Source: Raillietiella orientalis
Taxonomy: Eukaryota
DNA length: 64,000 nucleotides
Assembly (NCBI GenBank): GCA_036172245.1
Contig: JAYWIR010000003.1
Span: forward strand, 5,828,001-5,892,000
Direction: 5' to 3'
Shown: piece after piece, positions 12,635 to 24,955 of the stretch
Layout: each line of letters starts with the position of its first letter
How positions within the stretch are numbered: position 1 is the stretch's first letter
Made by a program: the position numbers and the translations under genes
Notes under the pieces: generated by a model
Databases searched by the model: none
The model's input: only the letters and a program-made list of their open reading frames with translations
What the model was told of the DNA's origin: nothing

Positions 12635-15600
12635 TGGGGATGGCATCATTTGAGTCTCATGTCATTTTTTTTTTGACATTTGCAGTTACATCATTGAAGG
12701 AGTTCCAATGTGCTTTTCTTTTTGAATGCCATGAAGGTACAGAATATTAGCAGATACGCAATAATGTGCAATGTGATAAATATCAACAATAAATGGAATT
12801 TAAATCCAGTTTACATAGATTATGAAAAATAGAGGGAGAAAGATGAGAAGCGGGTAAAGCATGATTTATTTGACGTGTGGTATTTAATAGGCACGTGCAC
12901 GTACGCGATGTGAAATCAGAATCACAGAATGTGAAACGGGGGTCAGGGAACCGCCTGGGGAATCCATCGAAAGTGATGGTACTTCACATCACTTGATTGG
13001 ATAGCAAGGATCCATTTTCTTGACTTGCTTCATCAAGAAAAATCAAGGATCACTTTGTGGGAGCTTTTAGCTCACGGCTAAGGAAAAACTTTCCCTTGCT
13101 CACAGGCTGTTGCCGATTCACGTGGGATGAATTTAGAATTCGAAGATGGTTCGCCTTCTATTTATCCTTCGCTTTCATCGTTCACTGCAAGTCCACGTTC
13201 ATGGGGATGCGAAATCGCAAGGTTAAGATTCGCAATCTTCCCTCTCAGTTCCCTCCCATCCTTGAAGAAAAAATTGTGATTTGCAACGGCGTCATATTGT
13301 TCACCGGTTAATGCTAATTGGGCAAAGTGATGATGCTTCGATCGCCTTCAGACAGCTGAGGGCAGGTCACCCGACTTCAGCGATCGTTTCGAACCAGAAT
13401 CCGAGGCAGCTTCCGCAAACAGGCCATAGCAGGTCCTAAAAGCCCTTCGGGTAAAACGGAATTCCAGGGTGCAGCATCAAAAGATCGTTTTCGAATTTCC
13501 CTCATGTTGGTGGGAACTTTCCTCACCCATGAATTCGTCAGCCCGAAAACCATGAGCTGCAATGAAGATGGGAATTAATCTTGGTAGCAGGCGCCTTGTC
13601 GACTTGAAAGAGAGCGGTGGACCATGGGAAGCGAAAACTTTCTGCAACTCTCTTGGAAGCCCGAATTATCACAACTGTTTCCTCCTTAAAGATATCTGAG
13701 ACTCTGGTCTCGCTTTACGTTGCTTATCCCATCACGGGGTTCCTTTCTTAGGGTCTACTGGGACCCTTGGGTGCAACCTACGCAATTGAGGGTCCATCAT
13801 GCTTTTGACTCATCATTGCAGATCGTTTTCGCTACGGAACCAGAATGAATGTTACATTACATGAGTTCCGGAACCCATGTTGACTCTCCTTTGAATTGAA
13901 CATGCACTCGCCTCTGGCGTCGCCGCATCGGGGAGCACCGTGAGACCCCGTTCCGTGAGAGCCTGGCTCTAGTTCAGGGAGGTGCAAACCTGCATTCGGA
14001 TTTCAGCGTCTGCGCGCGACTTGGGAACATTGCTGAACTCATTTCATTGGTCCGTACACAAAAAACGAAAAAAACATCGTGCGTTTCCAAAGTGCACCCT
14101 GCAATTTGTTGTTGCTGTTGCTGTTGTTGTTTCCTTTTACCCAAATGCGCAACGCACGCACGCAGTGCACCCTCCTTGCGATCTTTCGACCCTGAATGCT
14201 ACCAACTACCAGAGCTTTTTTTTTTTTCTTTTTCAATCCGCGATTTCTTCCTCTCTCGAAAGGTCGTCTCTCGCGAGCTTCGTATCCGCTGACCACTTCC
14301 CTCTTGATAAACGCCAGAGCGCAAGGCTTGCCTTTGCTGAGAAATAATCACCTCGGGGAAACTTCGGGAGTCAATCGAATGCATCACCGAGGGCTTAGCG
14401 GCGTCTCCAACAGAGTGCCTGCGCCAGTCGCTGCTGGTGAGCGGTTGGATTGAGGTGTAGATCCATGGAGAGATTGCCCACCTCAAAATGGAGCAATGCG
14501 GCTGATCTGCTTGCGGTCTGCCGAAGACGCAAGAACCAACGAGACTCCTGGAGAAGAGTTGGGTTTTCGAACGAAGAGGTGGTCTGGAGAAGGGAGCGAG
14601 ACTTCTATGGCTGCGGAAGAAAGGCAAAAGCTGGCAAAGATCCAATGACCATGAAAACCAGAACTGGCATGGATATTTGAGAAGACTAAACGTGAGGATC
14701 AAGGAAGTTTCTGTGGCATCATTCTGCAATTTTCAATCTGTTCAAATTGATCAACCAATGGCTCACAATGCTCAATAGGTGAAAGGGAATACCAGATGAA
14801 TAAAGGGAGATGAATCGAACAGGAGATGAACAGAGAACCAATGATCTGATGGCGACCGTGTGTTGAAAAGGAATTCAGCGCTGGAGCGAAAGATAGGTGA
14901 CTTCAATGCTTCGGCATGAAGCCAAGAAGTGAAGACTGGTCTCGCGATCGTTCCTGAACTTGAAAACAAGCAGCATTTAGCTTTCCGTTAAGGGAACTAC
15001 ACGAACTTCCCCCTTGGCATCACTGTGATGTTTTTTTTGAGAACCTCCGACAAACACTAAAGAAAGATAGCATCCTGAAGAATTGCTTCAGACTGCAGAC
15101 CATTCGAAGGTAGAAACATAATAATAGACAAGATCACTTCCATTTCAAGCAATGGTCCGAGGTTAGGTTGAATCTTTGATCCTCATGATTGCACTCGTCA
15201 CCTGGCACGGCAAAAACCGGAAATAATCAGGTTTTGCTTAGTCTGCATTCCGCAAATGATCCTTATAAAGCGAGAGGTTTTACCCCCTCTTGGGATGCGG
15301 ACCGGATCCTCTGGAGAACCCAGATGGAAAAAATGGAATGAGATGTAGGTGATGAATAATTTATCTCTAACAGCAGCTCCTGAAGGACTGCTCCATTTGG
15401 AAATGGGCTCTCAAACGCTTCCAGCACTTCTTGCCTTGCTGACCGATTGCTGGATGCAAGTAAGGAAGAATTTGCCTCTTTACCGGTCAGCTGAAGTGCA
15501 ATTTTTTGGATTTTACTTTCGACAACCCAAATTTCACCAACATGAAGATTATCGGAAAGGTCGTTTCTAAAGGAGACCCTGCTAATACTTTGGAAGGGCT

Positions 15601-16384
15601 TTCTAGAACGTCTTCTCCCCTCGTATTCCTTCAGAGCACTTTCCGCGTGTGGCGACTTCCTATCAGCAGACTCCGTAGCGGACGCTGCCCTGACATTCTC
15701 CAATATCGGAATCTGCCATTCCAAAGCAGCGTTTTCCTTCCTTCTTTCGAGTGCTGAGTTCTTCCAGTCGGTAGCAGTAGGCCAGAATGGCGAAGACAGG
15801 AAGAGGGCATTTCCCAATAATCGTGATTTGAGCCTCCCAGGAAGATCTTGTTGTCTTCCATTGCAGATCGAAAAAAAGTCGGACGGAAAATTTCACCTCG
15901 GTCAGTTCTTCTAAGTCGGCTTCGCGGATCCGTCAAGAGCATTGAGGTTTCCGTTTCCTACCACGAATGGAGTCGGGGGCGCATCGCAGACCGACGGCTC
16001 AAAACAGCTGGCAGCATGAGAACGCAAAAGAAGGCTGTGCTCAACGTTCTCGTCAATGCAGATTTCTCTATCGCGGGAGCGCAAAAGACAACGAAGTTCC
16101 TTCCACTTGGGATCTTCCCAGATGGCAAAAGCTGGATGCGGAGAAGGGCCTCACCAACCGCACCCGTTCATGACTCTGATCCACCGATTTGAATATTCAC
16201 GTGCCCTACAAGGAGGATTGCGTCCCGTGAAGCCACACGACCCCTTTTTGCATGGAAAATGCCTATGTAGCATGCGCACGACATCCCTAGGCGACCGTTC
16301 GGATAAATACTCGGCACGATAGCCCCAGTTGAGTTCCTCTGGTTGCCGGAGAAGCTCCTTCGGTAATGGGGGATGCGAAATTGA

Positions 16385-16487
16385 GGCCAGCGTGAGGGCG
16401 TCGCATAGACAGAGGCGCTTTCAAAGGTCTCTGGAGTTGCCGCCGGGGTCTCTAAGGGTTGCGACAAAGAGTCGGGAGGCCGGAGGG
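16385..16487 (-). repeat. ~100-bp fragment of the LINE body of the composite family
   Basis: Aligns directly with ~12035-12137 (gcgtgagggcgtcgcatag...ggggtctctaaggg...ggaggccgga). Confidence 0.85.
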
Positions 16488-17599
16488 TCTCCTTTCTTCG
16501 TCCTTTCCCACTGCCGCGCGTTCCCTTCATCCTCTTCAGGAGAAGATACATTTCGGCTAATGTATGGAGAGAGGTCTGCAGGCCTCAGTCTAGCTGCAGC
16601 GCCCCAGTGACCTGCTTCTCGGAAGCGAGGACTCATCAAAACCTGCTTTCCGTGACCAGAGGACGAAGGTGGTGCTGAGAACCTGGGAATGAACACTTCC
16701 CCTGCTCATCCTGCTTTCAAGAAGGGAGCTGGGTTCAATCCGCTCAATCTGTGCCGTTTCTTTTCTTCAGAAGATCCTTTCAAGCTGAGACTTCGAGAAA
16801 AAAATCATCGTGATCATCTCGTGTCGAAAACAGCAACAGGATCTTGGAATCGTGGAGCGAGCTCAGAGTGGGGTTGGTGCATTCAAAGCTCGGTAGCTAA
16901 TGGTTCGAGATGCAATCGCTCGAGGTAGACTTTGTTCCTGTTTTATAGGAGAGGAACCTTTGCCTACTTGAATAGGAATGAATTTTCTGGGTTTCTGTCA
17001 GCAGCAGGTGTGTCTTAAGCACTGCATTTGAGATGACAGTCGGTGAAGCGCGGCCACTCAGAAGCTGAATTCTTTAGAGGATTTCATCCGTGGTTTCTCC
17101 TTTGCCTTCTTTGCCATGCGCCGGAGCGGTTTCTTCGGGTGAATCGGCTGCGATTCAGTCTTTGGCCACCGTTTGTCTTTACTAACAATCACAGAAGCGG
17201 TTCCCGCTGCGCAAGAGGCAGTGTTGCTTCCATCTCCGTTGCCTCACCTTCTCTCGCCTGCTCCTGAAGAGCGAACTCAATGTGGCGATGAAGCGGCTGA
17301 GTTATCGAGGAGCGTGAGAGGTGCTAGAGAGCACCACGACCCGATCACCCCCTCGAAGATCACTCTCTGCCGCCAACTGCCCCCTCTCTCGCTCCTTGAT
17401 TTCAACTCTTTGCTGTCGGCAGCCTCAGCATTTTCTGCTCCGCGAATTGTATCCAGCTTCCTTTCGCTATGCTGCTCCGGAGCTGTCCGGGTCCTCCGAC
17501 GCATCCCGTCGTCGTTTCCCGTCGCGTTTGCTCCGCTGTCATGCCGCTCGACTCTCCCGTGAAAGGAACGCTCCATACCCCCAACTTTGATGTCCCCCC

Positions 17600-19300
17600 A
17601 GCGCGTCCTAGGCACAATATCAGGCCTATTCCGAGAGGCGGAATTCTCTGGCCCCTGCCCCGTTGTTTTTGAGAACCACGTCTCCGGACAACTCCTCCGC
17701 CTTTGATGCGGTTTCCGGGACTCTCACAGTTTCCAGAGTTTTCGCTTTCTGGAATCTCATCTCTGTTAGTTGGTACGCAGAGGACAAATTCGGCATTCCA
17801 GGAGAGGAGGGATCGAGCTTTTCCCTCCCGTTCTCGTGCCATTAGCTTTCCGGTCCGCCCTCTTTCGGGTCGCCATTTCTTCCTCCCTCCTCCCTGCCTT
17901 CCTCGAAAAACAAACGCATCCCGCAGCACGGGAAAGAACTAGGTGCGAATTCGTTTCGGGCGCCGAGCCTATCTGGCCTCCGGGAAGCTGCAGAGCAGCA
18001 CCCGTCGCACTGACTCGGCTGGCGAGCTGCTTCTCAGATTCGGAGGTCCAGCAGCGCATGGGAACAAAGAAAGAAAGGGAGGAAGGAAAACGTTCCCTGC
18101 ATGCATGCGTGTGAACGGCGTGACGCGAGCTGCTGAGAGATGCTGGCAACAGCCAAAGGTTTCGAAGAGACGGCGGAGACGTTCTTCTCCTAGCTACGCG
18201 TTTCCTCCTCTCCGGGAAGTTCCTTTCGTCGCTGCCGCGTTTTTTCCAAGGCTGCGTCACGCGACAGAGCGTCTCCGACTGCGTTCCGTGGAGGACAGTT
18301 GGGCGTGGGTTAAGTCCTCCACCTGGCATGGCTCTGTTATGCCCCCCATATCTCCTCAAACAGCATATCAGCCGTTGAGCGCACTTCTGTGGTGGAAAAG
18401 ATGCCGCGTGCGCTTGAAACACGGGAGGATCAGAGGCGAATGAGCTTGGCTGTTGTGTTTACATCTCACCTTGGATAATCCGACAGGCTCCAGGGACTTC
18501 GGATCGACTGGAACTTGCCCAGAGGCTGCCGTCGTGAAACCGTCCTCCACATCAAGATCATATCATCGTGGTATTTTCTGCCACCTCCAAGATATGCGCC
18601 TACAGAGTCTGCTCTAGACGAGGTGGCAGTCCAAACCCTTCTGGCTGAGCATCGTTCTACCATGAAGAACTCCTTCCCCCCCCCTTATCCTCCTCTTTCT
18701 AGGTACATCGCCTAGATGCGGGCTCCTCCAGAGATGACATCCGCGACAAGGATCCAATACTTGGCCAGATCTAAAGCCATCGACATCATGGGTTTCCCAA
18801 ATAACTCCTTCTAAGGGCTTGTCTCTTCCCCTCGCCCCAGGTGACCACCCTCTCCGCGCCTGCCACCTCTGCGGTCCCGGAGGTCCGACCGCAGCGGTGG
18901 CAGGCTCGACGCTTGAGTACCGTATTCAGTTTCGTTGCCGGTTGCCTGGTCAAGCACAAAGCATCAGGGACGCTGAGGATCACAAGGTAAGCAGTCAGCC
19001 AGCAGAGCTCGTCTCATCTATTTCAGATCACGGGTGGGAGCGTTCTTGGGACGCTTGAGCCGGAGTCGGTGTCTGCCTGAAGCCACCCTAGACCTCCCCG
19101 AGGATGTGTGGCTGCCGCTCCTGCGGGACGCGCGAGCCAAAAGTTCACTGCCCTTCGCTTCTTCTTGCCGCCTGGCGGCCACACGGAGAGATGGACTTCT
19201 CGCAGGAAGCCGAGCCTTCCTCCGGAGAAGTGCCTCCGGGCGAATCCAGGGATTCCAAATGTTGCCGGACTCGTCAGAGTAGGCGAACGCGGAGGATGGG
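17600..19300 (+). mobile_element. Heavily decayed LINE ORF2 relic
   Basis: DNSSAFDAV (RT-like), VPWRTV and CHLCG fragments in shifting frames; 18720-18810 is homologous to 24570-24660. Confidence 0.4.
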
Positions 19301-19949
19301 GTTCCCGTCCTACGACCCTGAAGGGTGGGAACAGGAGCAGGATTGGTCCGAGACACAGTGTTTGCGCCTCAAAACCCAAAAGGTGCCCGACCACACGGAC
19401 ACCGACCGTTCCAGAGCGAGGATGCCGCGTTTTCGTTTCTCTCTTGAAGTACGTGACGCAGAAAGTAGAGATGACCTGAGCTGTCCCCCTCCCTCTGGTA
19501 GGCAGTGGGCGAAGTAGGCGCAAGAGCAGCCCTCCTCTCGGATCCGCGAAGAGCGCTCCAGCACGCTGTCGAGCACGGCGTTGACGTCTAAGAGACACCG
19601 GGTGCGGATGAAGCGCGGAGAGATGATCAAACGCGAATGGGCTCCAAAGCGGATCTCTCCACCGCGTGGACCGCGCTTCCCGCTCCTTTCGCTGATCTCC
19701 CCTCCCTCCGATCCCGCTCTCACGCGCCGGGTCTCCCTCTTCCGTCCGATCCCAAGTGAACCGTAGCTGCGTTCGTGGCAACCGTCGTCCCGCAAGATGG
19801 ATTGCTGTCTACCGGATCCATTCTTCTCTTCTTGTACCCTACCCAAAAGGAGATGGGGAAAGAAAAAGAGGCAGGCTCCTCGTCCTCCACCAATGGCTTC
19901 TCACAAGACCCGATGAATGTTCTCGACCTTCCCCCTGTACACGAGCAGG

Positions 19950-22900
19950 GTTTTTTTTTATTCCATCTTTTTATTTTATTTTATTTCATTTATTTATTAA
20001 TTTTTGGTCTTTCGCTTCTTGCGCAGCCGGCAGCAGATCGCCAAAATGATTGATGGTTACGCGATGAAAAGCCTCCGCCGTCTCGCTCGGCTCCATGAAC
20101 CCGACCCCCTCAACGCTTTCCCCTTTTCCGCGGTGATGAATCGGTGCGATCCTGGAAGATCGACTCCAGTTGATCTCTTAATTAATCGCTTTCTCCACCG
20201 AGGGACTGCTCGGCTCTCTCCCTGCGAGCCGGCGTCCAGTGAAAAGAGGGAGGACTCGCAGGGAGCGGTAGACGGCACGCAAGAAGCTCCGTATGAACGT
20301 CTTCTTCAGCGAGGGGACAAGCACTGGTCAACTGCATCCGAGAAACCTTCCTTCCTTCTCGACGTCTCCCGCGACCGGGAGACCTTGGTCTTGTCCGCTG
20401 GATCATGCGACTTGGATCCGCAGGAGATCCTGCAATCTGCTGTGGAGCAGTCTCAGAGGTCGGAGTCTTTCTTCAGGATGGCATCAGTGGCTATCGGAGC
20501 AGCTGAACCAAGTACACGAGCCAAGTGAGGGAGCCAAAGTGCCGGTTTGGGGAGAAGCTCCCGAAGGGCTGCTTGGAAAACTCTGTCCGAGATGCCGATA
20601 CTTCAGAACGTGGTGCTCTCAGGAAGCAGCGAGGAGGTCTTGAAAGACTGCTGCTGCTGCAGGAGGCCGTTGTGCTGGATAAACGACCTCGTCTTTGAGG
20701 AGCAAAAGACTCCAACGGAGCTGGTGCGACCCCTGCTGTTTTGCACGCAGGGTTCGGTGTGTTCCGACTGGACAATGTCCAGATAGACCTGTAATCCGCC
20801 TCGAATCACGGCCTCCGGAAGGATTCGAAGTTGATGCCGGACTTTGAGCGCTCCCTCTTGGACTGCATCCCGACGATCGTTGTGGTCAGCTGCTCTTCCC
20901 TATAGCTGCGGAGCGCGGTCGCGATGGGCACCCAAAGCCCTGCTCGAATTGGTTGTCCCTGCTGGTCATGAAGCCGCTGGTCTCGTGCGAGGATCCGCAG
21001 AGACTCCTCGATGTAAAGGTGATGTGAAGGCCTTCTTTCTGGGGATGGCTCGCAGGAAGCTTTCGAGATGGGAGAGCGAGAAACGAGGCAGAAACGGCAG
21101 ACAGGAACTTCCAGGTTTCTAGCGAAGCGATTGTGTGCTCTCGTCTGTGTGGCACTGGTATCCTTGTCCTGGAACAAGGACATCAGTAAAAGGAGGAAAA
21201 GGTCCGATCACTAGGCGGCAGAATGAGATCAACTTCCGCCTCTTTCGGATGGATTCGGAGGTCCCAGACACCCTCCGTCCGTCCGTCTTCGCTCTGGGGT
21301 TGGCCAAGACGAATGAGGCGGAATCGACCTCCTCCTCCTGCCGCCTGGTGATCGGACCTTTTCCTCCTTTTACTGGTGTCCTTGTTTCAGGACAAGGTTA
21401 CCAGTGCCAACAACCGTGATAGGCGTCCATTCTCCTCCTCCTCGCTCCTGAGGAGAAACTCGCCAACGGCCTCCGCTCTTTCTCGTGGGGACCTCGAGAA
21501 TGAGGAGGCTTCTGCAAGAAAATTCCTCAAAAGGAGTCCACCGCGTCTTCTTGTTGCGAAAGAAGACGAATCGGGCTGCCAATGCTCCCGAGACTCAGAG
21601 GAACCCAAATCCGCATGTGGAGTTCCTTCCTCCAGCTATTGCTCTCCGGTATCAGGAAAAACGGAGGAAAGACCTAGGTCATGCCGGTCCAGAGACTACT
21701 GCCGATCTCTCCGGGAGAACCAGCGGTCTCCTGGCGCGAAGAGCTTGGCCCTCCTCCTCTTCACAGCCACAGTCGAGGAGGCTGCGCGAGTCCCTCAGCA
21801 TGCCGACGACGCATCCCACTGGTGAGAGGAGCACAGCTGGACCGGATCCAGAACCAAATGGAGAGATAGCTCTGGGCGAAGATGTGCCTTCTCTGTAGAG
21901 GATGAGATGGCAACGCTTTAGTTTATCCTTGGGGCTCGGCCCAGGTACTTCCTCCTCCACGACGACGACGCCTCGGTTGGAGTGGTGACGGTCTTCGAGC
22001 AGTCAGTCAGCCTCCTTGTAGCAGTGACAGGCGCAAAGAGAGAGGTCACCTGCGGCGGGGGGAGGGGGAGAAATGCCTTTAGAAAGGACTCTTCGGGAAA
22101 CCCATGGGGTCGGTGGCTTGGAATCTGACCGGACCGTGGGTCCCGGTTGCAGGGCCGCCACTGGAGACGCCTGCATCTTGGCGTTGTATTTGGAAGGAGG
22201 ATGGTTCCCGGAGGAAATAGAGAAGGTGAGAATGGAGAGGGGAAGCAAACCACTTTCTCATTCTCCTCCTCCTTTCTCATGGAAAGGAACAGAGGAATCC
22301 TCTCACCCCTACAGCTGCTTGATCTGATTGTCCCCCTCCGCTTGCTCCTCCTGCAGCATCTTCATCAGGGTGAACAGCTTCTCCGGCTCCTCCTAGATGT
22401 GCAGCAGCTTCTCCTTGGCCCGCGTCACCTTTCTCCGGCACTCGCCGCACCCATTCCGAGCGGTCTCCTGCTCCTGGTTGAGTTTTCTGAGGTCCCCGTC
22501 CTTCTTCTTATCTCCACTACCGCCTATGGACTCGGCTGCCTCGGAACCACAGCGTCCTCAAACTTCCGACGTTGCTGGAGCAGCTTCTTCTGAAATGAAG
22601 GATGCAAAATTGAGGCTGCAGCCTGACGGTCTCCGCGTCCCCACGGCAATGCGCGAGGTGGGGCGCACGGGATCGCGGCGAGGTGCCCCCACCGAACAAG
22701 CACCTGCCGGCGCATTACCGGGTGCCGAGCACCCACGTTCCGGGGCTCGGAGATCATGATCCCGTCCGATGCACCACCGGACAACGGTGTATGTGGCGAT
22801 TCCAGTGCCTGAGTCGAAGATGCCCGTACTCGAGCATGCTAGGCGGAGCAGCACCAGTCCGCGGGAACATCCCGAGGGCAAGCGACCGACGCGCCGTCGC

Positions 22901-24050
22901 GGCTGTGTCCAGGTCCGGAAACGCAGCCCCGTTCTTCCTCGGAAGCGCTCCCGGGAGAAGCTTGGCCGCACGCGTTGCGCGTGCGCATCCGGATGGAACT
23001 CAAGGGAGTTCCCCTCCCCTTTCCTGTCCTCTCCAGGGTGCTTCAGCATCTCGGGTGGAGCATCGGCTCTGGGAAAAGACAGGCCGGTCCTCCTTCCTTT
23101 GCCCACTTTTCTTCTGGAAAACTCGGTAATTCCTCTGCTTCTCTATACACGTACTCACAGTTCTGTGCCCTCCTCGGATGGCAACGCCCGTCCTCCGCCG
23201 AGGTCCTTCCTCCCTCGCCGCGGTTGTCGGCGCTGCTGGGTGAGGAGAAAAGGCGCGTTGTCCCTGAAGCCATGCTCAGGTGCGCGCGGGGGTGAGGGCC
23301 TTCCTCCATCCGCTTCCGGACTGGATGTCTCTTCAGAGCAGTCGGTGGCTGCTGAAGGTGGCATTGCTGCAGCCTGAGGACACCTCGGAGGGGATGCTGC
23401 GGGACTGCTGCGGGCTCGGCATACTCCCTCGAGCCTCCCCACCTCGATAGCGATCCTGAATGACCTCGGAAAAACGACACCACGCGGCGCATCCGTGAAG
23501 CAACCCGAGGGGTCATGCATTTCGCGTGTCCTCCGTGAGGAGTAGGTGGTGGGACGATCCATCCGGAACAAGGAGTGTGGATGGCCCGCAGGCTGCAAAA
23601 GGCGCGACGCAGTGGACCGAGTACCCATTGCTCCCCTTGCTCATCCCTGCTGGTCTCCCCTTCCCTTTGCCGTTTCCGTCTTCCCGCGTGGTCCATCTTC
23701 GAGTCTGAGTCAGGCCTTCCTCCTCCTGCAGCTCTTGGTCTGTCAGTCTGCGAATCAGTGAATGCTCAGGCGTTTCCAGGTGTAAAGAGTCCACTGGGAA
23801 GGAGACGAACGGCAGGCAGGTTTTCGAGCACATCCGTCCGCATCGACTCGACCGTTGCCGCTGGCCGCGTCGACCTCTGGAGTTGGCGGGGTAGCTGAAG
23901 TCTGTTCCTCCTATTTCTCAGATCGGATGCGGCACTGTTTCTTCGCCCTTCCGTCAGGGCCAGTCTGAGGGGGATCGACGCCTCGCGATTATCCTGTCGA
24001 TGGCTCATTCGACGTTTGGCGCCTGTGGCTCCTCCGCCCAAATGCCGCTC
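19950..24050 (-). mobile_element. Possible decayed LINE (ORF1-like coiled-coil/knuckle region followed by an endonuclease-like relic)
   Basis: Minus-strand fragments LTDQELQEEEG, PLRRAFCSLRAIHTPC, E/K/Q-rich KEKLLHI*EEPEKLFTLMKMLQEEQ and TGLSGHCPV (SDH-like); A-rich tail on the minus strand at 19950-20005. Confidence 0.35.
21150..21409. repeat. Long inverted repeat (arms ~21150-21247 and ~21310-21409)
   Basis: tggcactggtatccttgtcctggaacaaggacatcagtaaaaggaggaaaaggtccgatcactaggcggcag is reverse-complemented at 21338-21409 with four mismatches. Confidence 0.95.
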
Positions 24051-24349
24051 TCATCTGCCCGCGACTGCCTCTTTGGGGAACCCTCGCAACCCGTACGGAT
24101 CCGGCGGGCTGCAATGATCGCCTCCGTAGATGGAGCACGAAATCCTGGGAACGCCGAACACATCGAGGAGGAGGGAAACAGTTGCAGCGCGACCAAAGAC
24201 GCGCCTTCGCCCTCGCCCTTGGGATGGCGCGCGCCTGCTGCAGGAGCCGGTGCGTAGCAGAGCAATGGATCCATCTTCCTAGGACCCTCGTGGGGAAGGG
24301 AGCAGTGGTGGCGAACGCCCGCGCGACAGGCAGGAGGCAAAGCTCTTCT

Positions 24350-24955
24350 CTTGGAACCGCCGGTGAGGAAGAAGCGGGCGGGGTTCGCACGACTCCCCAG
24401 AGAGCAAATCCTCTTCGCCACGAACTCCGCCGCACCTGTACATCGTGGTAGGGCGCGGCACCGAGCTCGAAGATCCCGGTCCGTAAACAAGGGGATCCAC
24501 TTGGAGCGCCCTCGCACCGTGGGGAGCGATGCAGAAGCAGTCGCCTTTCTGCAGACTTCCGAGATCCCAGAAGCTCCAGAGGTTACCCCTGCCACTAGGA
24601 CCCAACACTCGACCAGATCTAAAGCCGTCGACATCATGGATGTCCCAAATAGCTCCTTGGGAACCCATCTTGGGAACTGATCCAAAATTCGGAAAGTCCT
24701 GGAACGGGGAAAGTATGGCCTTCATGCGACCTTCGTGAGATCGGACGTAGGGGACCGCGTGCATCCGCACTGCCGTACAACTTCTCGCCGAAGAGGGAAG
24801 GCGAGATGTTGCAATCTCAAATTTCCGAGCCTGCTAATTTCTTGCAGCGTTGTCTCCCGGCATCTCTTGACTATTACTGGCGATCCATCATCAAATACAT
24901 ATCGGTGGCTGATGCTGCACATGCTCTGCCGGTGGCTAGAGAAGGCACGTTAAAG
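24350..24955 (+). mobile_element. Decayed LINE 3' fragment related to 18.7-18.9 kb
   Basis: Shared ccagatctaaagcc(a/g)tcgacatcatgg block; HPHCRT..SLLISC resembles a degenerate C-terminal zinc motif. Confidence 0.4.

Noticed and set aside
15349..15760. LINE RT C-terminal motif (VQFFGFYF / FTFDNP)
   Set aside because: A single weak motif across a frameshift; too little to call.
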